64,000 nucleotides of DNA from a virus (lineage: Duplodnaviria > Caudoviricetes), in the IMG/VR virus record IMGVR_UViG_3300043177_000122, positions 32,001-96,000 of that record; one strand, written 5' to 3'. The notes beneath the pieces were generated by a model. It did no database searches, was not told the DNA's origin, and saw nothing but the letters and a program-made list of their open reading frames with translations. Shown here one piece after another: positions 58,837 through 64,000 of this stretch (its first letter is position 1; every line of letters begins with the position of its first letter). A program made the translations under genes and the position numbers.

Positions 58837-59614
58837 TGTGCTTCCCCTTCTTTTCTTGGCGGCGTTTGGTTCTAGAAGGAGATTTGAGTTTTAACTCTTT
58901 CTTCCATTCTGGATATGAACGCCCAAACACAGCTCTATCTTCTCCTTGATCGCGAATAATAACATATCCACCATCTGTCATGCTAAATGGCTTGGAAAGT
59001 TTACCTAACCAATCAAATTTAGCACCAGCAGGAGGGGCAGGATCAAACCAAGCAGGAAGGACAAAATTAGAAACTGTGACTGTAGCTCCATCAACCTCTA
59101 CATCATAGTAATCGCTCTCAACAGGGTCTGCCACTTCTAAAGCGTAACTTAATCCTTCTTTCCAATTATCTGCCCAATAGTTAGCCTGTGGGTCCATCAT
59201 AATTTCTAATACCTCATGTGACAATACGGTAGAAATAGGAAGATTGTGCTTTTGGGTAACTTTCACAAAGACGCGGCCATATGGTAATCCATCAGGCCCA
59301 TCAGAATGATAGCCAAGAGCACCCGCAATATCAGCATCATCGAACACTAAAACTTTGAACGCGCCAAGCTCAGTAACAGCTTCGGAGTCTCTATAAACAA
59401 CTTTAGGTGGTTTTAAATCCCAAGTTGGTGCAGCGTGCTCACGAGCCTGTTTCGCAACACCTAAAGTCATGAGTTTTACATCTTCATTTGAAATAATTGA
59501 AGATTTATTGATGACTGCAATAAGCATATTTCCATCTTCACCAAGATTTACAGGTGGTGAAGTAACGGTATTATTTGAGCCAGTAAGCCAATTCCAAAAC
59601 TTTTTAAAGCACAT
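58826..59614 (-). CDS. Zincin-like metallopeptidase-fold protein
   Basis: GALGYH, LSHEVLE, EVADPVE. Confidence 0.6.
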   Translation of the reverse strand: MCFKKFWNWLTGSNNTVTSPPVNLGEDGNMLIAVINKSSIISNEDVKLMTLGVAKQAREHAAPTWDLKPPKVVYRDSEAVTELGAFKVLVFDDADIAGALGYHSDGPDGLPYGRVFVKVTQKHNLPISTVLSHEVLEIMMDPQANYWADNWKEGLSYALEVADPVESDYYDVEVDGATVTVSNFVLPAWFDPAPPAGAKFDWLGKLSKPFSMTDGGYVIIRDQGEDRAVFGRSYPEWKKELKLKSPSRTKRRQEKKGKHNDK

Positions 59615-59712
59615 AGTTTAATCCAATTTTTTTATTTGGTAGGTGTTGACGAAATAAAGGGGAGGGTTATATTACTTACTACTAATAATTAGGCAATAAT
59701 ATTGCTACGTAT

Positions 59713-59789
59713 GGTGGGCGTTTACATCTGGTGATGTTGCGAGATTGTGACCCTCGCTAGGCTCGGTTCGAATCCGGCCGTTCACCCCA
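59713..59789 (+). tRNA. tRNA-His(GTG) with encoded G-1
   Basis: Loop TT-GTG-AC, C73, CCA; promoter TTGACG-N16-TATATT at 59646-59673. Confidence 0.88.
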
Positions 59790-59799
59790 ACACTTTTAT

Positions 59800-59876
59800 G
59801 GTGATCGTATCCGAGTGGTTTCAGGAGACTGGCTGTGACCCAGTTCACGCGGGTTCAATTCCCGTCGATCACCCCA
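59800..59876 (+). tRNA. tRNA-His(GTG) with encoded G-1, second copy
   Basis: Cloverleaf, C73, CCA. Confidence 0.93.
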
Positions 59877-59880
59877 AGAT

Positions 59881-59956
59881 GGTCCCATCATCTAAAGGTT
59901 CAGGATGAGAGATTTTCACTCTCTTCATAGGGGTTCGAATCCCCTTGGGATCACCA
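59881..59956 (+). tRNA. tRNA-Glu(TTC)
   Basis: Cloverleaf, CCA. Confidence 0.93.
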
Positions 59957-59957
59957 A

Positions 59958-60380
59958 ATGAAAATTTGCAGTAAATGCAAAATTGATAAAGAATTAGAAG
60001 AGTTTAATAGAAATTCGACTAAACAAGATGGATCACAGACAATCTGCCGAGATTGTAGTAATAAAAAATCAGCACAGCATTACGCTGTAAATAAACAAGA
60101 TTATAGAGATAGTAAAAGAAAATCTGTCCAAACATTACGTGAATATGTTCTTAGTTATTTATTAGAACATCCTTGTATTGATTGCTCAGAATATGATCCA
60201 GTATGTTTAGATTTTGATCATGTATCTGGTGATAAAGTTAGAAATATTGCAGATATGATTCATGCAGGAGTATCATTAGATAATATCAAACTAGAAATTG
60301 AAAAATGTGTAGTTTGTTGTGCTAATTGCCATCGAAAGAAGACTGCGAAAGATTTTGATTGGTTTAAGAATCGAAAATGA
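59958..60380 (+). mobile_element. Free-standing HNH endonuclease between tRNA-Glu genes
   Basis: CSKC...CRDC; PCIDC...LDFDHV...CVVCCANCHR. Confidence 0.85.
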
Positions 60381-60588
60381 AAGTTCTAATTGCTTGTTTA
60401 TTTCTATCGGGTTGTTTTCTCACAAATCATCCACAATACTGCCACACTGATGGCGATTGTTTAAACGGCCAATGGTGTCCAACAATTAGGGCGCCATCTC
60501 AACCACCTGATATTTGTAAGGGAAAAGCAATTATTAATCACAATATTTTAGCTGACTAACTGTCAATAAAGTGATATAAAATACGTAC

Positions 60589-60664
60589 GGCCCATTCGTC
60601 TAATGGTTTAGGACGGCAGCCTCTCACGTTGCTAATACGGGTTCGAACCCCGTATGGGTCGCCA
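60589..60664 (+). tRNA. tRNA-Glu(CTC)
   Basis: Cloverleaf, CCA. Confidence 0.93.
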
Positions 60665-60670
60665 GCATAC

Positions 60671-60745
60671 GCCTCTGTAGTCTAAGGGATAGGCACTCGC
60701 CTTCTAAGCGATTTAATGTAGGTTCGAATCCTACCAGAGGTGCCA
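60671..60745 (+). tRNA. tRNA-Arg(TCT)
   Basis: Cloverleaf, CCA. Confidence 0.9.
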
Positions 60746-60758
60746 AGTAAGTGTTTAT

Positions 60759-60834
60759 GCGTCTGTAATTCAATGGATAGAAATTTTGCCTTCTAAGCAA
60801 AAAGTTTGGGGTTCGAGTCCCTCCAGACGTGCCA
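60759..60834 (+). tRNA. tRNA-Arg(TCT), second copy
   Basis: Cloverleaf, CCA. Confidence 0.92.
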
Positions 60835-60838
60835 AAAT

Positions 60839-60922
60839 GTTACTGTAACCTAATGGAGAGGTATCGGTCTACGAAACCGAAGCGCAAGCTAAATGCAGGT
60901 TCGAATCCTGCCAGTGACGCCA
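60839..60922 (+). tRNA. tRNA-Arg(ACG) with a 14-nt hairpin variable arm
   Basis: Loop CT-ACG-AA; variable region AGC-GCAA-GCT-AAAT; A20; CCA. Confidence 0.88.
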
Positions 60923-60925
60923 AAT

Positions 60926-61001
60926 GGGTCTGTAGCTCAATGGATAGAGCACTCCGCTACGAACGGAACGGTTGAAGGTTCAACTCCTTTCAGACCCGCC
61001 A
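60926..61001 (+). tRNA. tRNA-Arg(ACG)
   Basis: Cloverleaf, CCA. Confidence 0.93.
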
Positions 61002-61006
61002 ATTAT

Positions 61007-61082
61007 GTCTCCATAACTCAATGGATAGAGTACTTCGCTTCGAACGAAGAAGTTGTAGGTTCAAGTCCTACTGGAGATGCCA
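61007..61082 (+). tRNA. tRNA-Arg(TCG)
   Basis: Cloverleaf, CCA. Confidence 0.93.
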
Positions 61083-61530
61083 TAACACCGAAAGGTGCTA
61101 TTTTTGTTTTTGGAGTATGCAATGGAACTACACGATATTTGCTCTGGCTGCAGCCGACACCTAAGTGTCTGTATGTGTTGTGTGTCTATTGGCCCAGAAG
61201 GGGCAACTCGTTCCAAACCTAATCCAACAAACCTAGCCGGCAAACTAAAAATTATTACCAATAATTCAAAAATGGAACATATTAAAGTTCAAACCCAACG
61301 CCTAGCTGATCAGCTTGTCTGGCGGGCCACCCAAGCCGCCAAACAAGGAAACTTTTCAATTAGTTTATGGTTAAGTGATTTAGGTATCACAAAAGAAGCT
61401 GCTGAATTGGTAGCAAAAGAGTTGGAGCAAGATGGCTTCAAATGTACCATCAGCAACGAAATCACAGCGCATTATTCTAATACGGATTATGACACTGATG
61501 ATCTTTTGTTAATAAGTTGGGAATAATAAA

Positions 61531-62490
61531 ATGAGAATTCTGTCGGGTATACAACCGTCAGGAACAATTCACATCGGCAACTATTTTGGAATGATCAAGC
61601 CCTTGGTCGATTTACAAGGTAAGGGAGAAGTGTATTGTTTCCTTGCGGATTATCATTCAATGACATCATTGTTTGATGCAAAAGAACGTAAAGCAAATTC
61701 AATTGAAGCAGCAACTACACTGCTAGCGTGTGGCATGGATCCTAAAACTGTTTTGTTTCGACAGTCAGATAGTCAGTCAGTGACTGAGCTAGCATGGATG
61801 CTTTCTACTGTAACTCCAATGGGCCTTTTAGAAAGGTGTCATAGTTACAAAGATAAAACTTCTAAAGGCATCCCAACCAATCATGGTTTGTTTGCTTATC
61901 CTGTTTTGATGGCGGCTGATATCCTACTATACCAATCTAATTTGGTACCAGTAGGAAAAGATCAACTTCAGCATTTGGAAGTGACGCGAGATATTGCCGT
62001 CAAGTTCAATACTACGTATGGGGAAATATTTACACTCCCCGAGCCCTATATTCAAGAAGCGGTAGCAACTGTTCCTGGAACTGATGGACAGAAGATGTCT
62101 AAAAGTAATGGTAACACTATCGAAATCTTTGGAGATGAAAAAGTTCTTAAGAAAAAGATAATGTCTATTGTGATGGATAGCCGCTCGCTGGCCACGCCAA
62201 AACCAGATGCAGATAAGAATATTGCAATTCAACTTCTAAAATTAGTAGCTCCGATGAATGTTGCTGAAGAATATGAAATGGAATTGCGAGATGGCTATCT
62301 TGGTTATGGTCAGCTTAAGAATGTTCTATTCGAACAATATTTTAGTTATTTTGAGAAACCAAGAGCATTGTATCAGGAATTGAAGAAGAATCCGGACTAT
62401 GTAGAGCAAATTCTTCAAGAAGGTGCAGAACATGCCCGCTATCAAGCCCATCGTACGATGGAAAAAGTAAGAGAAGTAGTGGGTTTATGA
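61531..62490 (+). CDS. trpS: Tryptophanyl-tRNA synthetase
   Basis: SGIQPSG..HIGN, YPVLMAADIL, VPVGKDQ.QH.E.TRD, KMSKS. Confidence 0.97.
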   Translation: MRILSGIQPSGTIHIGNYFGMIKPLVDLQGKGEVYCFLADYHSMTSLFDAKERKANSIEAATTLLACGMDPKTVLFRQSDSQSVTELAWMLSTVTPMGLLERCHSYKDKTSKGIPTNHGLFAYPVLMAADILLYQSNLVPVGKDQLQHLEVTRDIAVKFNTTYGEIFTLPEPYIQEAVATVPGTDGQKMSKSNGNTIEIFGDEKVLKKKIMSIVMDSRSLATPKPDADKNIAIQLLKLVAPMNVAEEYEMELRDGYLGYGQLKNVLFEQYFSYFEKPRALYQELKKNPDYVEQILQEGAEHARYQAHRTMEKVREVVGL

Positions 62491-62762
62491 GAGTAGTACA
62501 CTGTAAGAAGGAACCATATGATGTCTATATTGGTAGACCATCAAAGTGGGGAAACCCATATACTCATCTAGAAAACACTTCCACACCATATGTGGTTGAC
62601 AGCCGTGAGGATGCGGTTAGATTATTCGAGGAATGGATCCGTTCACAGCCAGAGCTAATGGAGGCCGCCAAGAAAGAACTTAAAGGAAAAGTTTTGGGTT
62701 GTTGGTGCGCCCCATTAGCTTGTCATGGCGATGTACTTATAAGGATTGCTAATGAAGACTAA
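62487..62762 (+). CDS. DUF4326 family protein
   Basis: YDVYIGRPSKWGNP...LKGKVLGCWCAPLACHGDVL. Confidence 0.9.
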   Translation: MRVVHCKKEPYDVYIGRPSKWGNPYTHLENTSTPYVVDSREDAVRLFEEWIRSQPELMEAAKKELKGKVLGCWCAPLACHGDVLIRIANED

Positions 62763-62932
62763 AGAATGGCTTTTACAGCGCAAGAAAGAGCTTGAAGAAG
62801 AGCTTATGGAATCACTCAAAGTAGTTGAAAAAGCATTAAAAGCCCTTGAGCCGAAAAAGGAGAAGACCGAATGTAATGGTTGTCCTGGCGGATGTGATAT
62901 CTGTCGTACCGGACCTTACTATAGATAAAATC

Positions 62933-63616
62933 ATGAATAAATTAGTTGTATTTGATATCGCTGGCACCACAATTGAAGACAATGATGCGGTTGGTCAAGC
63001 TTTTTTGAAAGCTTTTTTATCGTTCGGGTTAAATCCAACCACTGAACAAATTAATAATGTGATGGGACTATCCAAACCACAATCTATCAAGATTATTCTG
63101 AAAGAGCTAGATAACACTACTCCAATTGCTGAAATACACGATCAGTTTTTAAAGAATATGATTGAGCATTATAGTCTTGATGAAAATATAAAAGAAATAC
63201 CTGGAGCTGCTGAAACATTCAACACCCTACATGAAATGGACTATTATGTAGCTCTTGATACTGGATTTAGTCGAGACATTACAAATATCATTCTAGATAA
63301 GCTAGGATGGGTTAACCAAGGATTAGTAGATGCTGTTGTTAGCAGCGATCAAGTCAAATATGGAAGACCTTATCCATATATGATATTCAAGTTAATGGAG
63401 ACGCTCCATATCAAAAGCGTCCATGATGTTGTAAAAGTTGGCGATACTGTCGCCGATATTTATGAAGGTTTAAATGCTGGGTGTGATGTAGTAATAGGCG
63501 TCACTACTGGAACAGAGACTAAACAATCTTTCAAAGAAAAATTATCCGGGTGTCACTACTGTGTAATGGATGACATTACAGAAGTGCCCGCTTGTTTACA
63601 TTACACTCCTATTTGA
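62933..63616 (+). CDS. HAD-family hydrolase (phosphonatase-like)
   Basis: FDIAGT, DTG, GRPYPYMI, KVGDT..DI.EG. Confidence 0.88.
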   Translation: MNKLVVFDIAGTTIEDNDAVGQAFLKAFLSFGLNPTTEQINNVMGLSKPQSIKIILKELDNTTPIAEIHDQFLKNMIEHYSLDENIKEIPGAAETFNTLHEMDYYVALDTGFSRDITNIILDKLGWVNQGLVDAVVSSDQVKYGRPYPYMIFKLMETLHIKSVHDVVKVGDTVADIYEGLNAGCDVVIGVTTGTETKQSFKEKLSGCHYCVMDDITEVPACLHYTPI

Positions 63617-63623
63617 GGAAGTC

Positions 63624-64000
63624 ATGTCTAATATATTCGAAGATTTGGAGCAGCGTGGTTTGATTAAACAAACAACCAACGCAGATAAGTTGCGTCAACT
63701 ATTTAACTCAAATACTCCAGTCACGTTTTACATTGGATTTGACCCCACTTCTGATAGTTTACATATAGGCCACTTACTTCAAGTAGTAACAGCTAAGCGA
63801 CTAGTCCAAGCTGGGCATCGAGCTATCATGTTAGTTGGCGGAGCAACCGCTTTGATTGGAGATCCGACAGGCAAGTCAGAAATGCGAAAAATGCTTTCTC
63901 ATTCTGATATTAGGGTAAATGGTGAAGCCATCGGCGCCCAGATTCAAAAAATAATGGGAAGAGAAATTGAATTAGTCAATAACCTAACTTGGTTTGATGA
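63624..64000 (+). CDS. tyrS: Tyrosyl-tRNA synthetase (5' part; runs off the window, so absent from the ORF track)
   Basis: RBS GAGGA; EQRGLIKQ, YIGFDPTSDSLHIGHL, LVGGATALIGDPTGKSEMRK. Confidence 0.95.
   Translation, partial: MSNIFEDLEQRGLIKQTTNADKLRQLFNSNTPVTFYIGFDPTSDSLHIGHLLQVVTAKRLVQAGHRAIMLVGGATALIGDPTGKSEMRKMLSHSDIRVNGEAIGAQIQKIMGREIELVNNLTWFD

Noticed and set aside
8797-61261. ORFs overlapping tRNA genes (8797-, 10459-, 10547+, 24975+, the 5' part of 25141+, 60893+, 61061-)
   Set aside because: Chance open frames across tRNA cloverleaves
1-64000. rRNA, tmRNA, group I/II introns, integrase, capsid or terminase genes
   Set aside because: No recognisable signatures in this window

Overview
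Gene-dense, AT-rich window read almost entirely on the + strand. It looks like part of a jumbo/mega-bacteriophage genome: bacterial RBSs and sigma70-like promoters, many short orphan ORFs, free-standing homing endonucleases and an intein. No capsid, terminase or tail gene lies in the window, so the phage call is an inference. Myxobacteria-like genes (OmpA, Cys-rich lipoprotein, DUF2442-like, FGE-sulfatase-domain protein, PARP) suggest a Myxococcota-type host, also an inference. Translation and RNA content: 27 tRNA genes (one degenerate), mostly in blocks by amino acid; a bacterial-type RNase P RNA missed by the ORF track; EF-Ts; a single-chain organelle-type PheRS; TrpRS; TyrRS (cut by the window edge); Pth2; a Thg1 remnant; an RlmN-like radical SAM enzyme; RNA ligase-like and phosphoesterase genes. 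ADP-ribosylation content: a WGR-PARP next to a DenV-like glycosylase and a TARG1/DarG-like macrodomain, plus a DraG/ARH hydrolase. DNA metabolism: LigA, intein-containing UvrD helicase, RNase HII. About 20 frameshifts, nonsense codons and deletion junctions fall almost entirely in small accessory genes, reflecting either real decay or assembly error. All calls are by motif recognition only; no searches were run.
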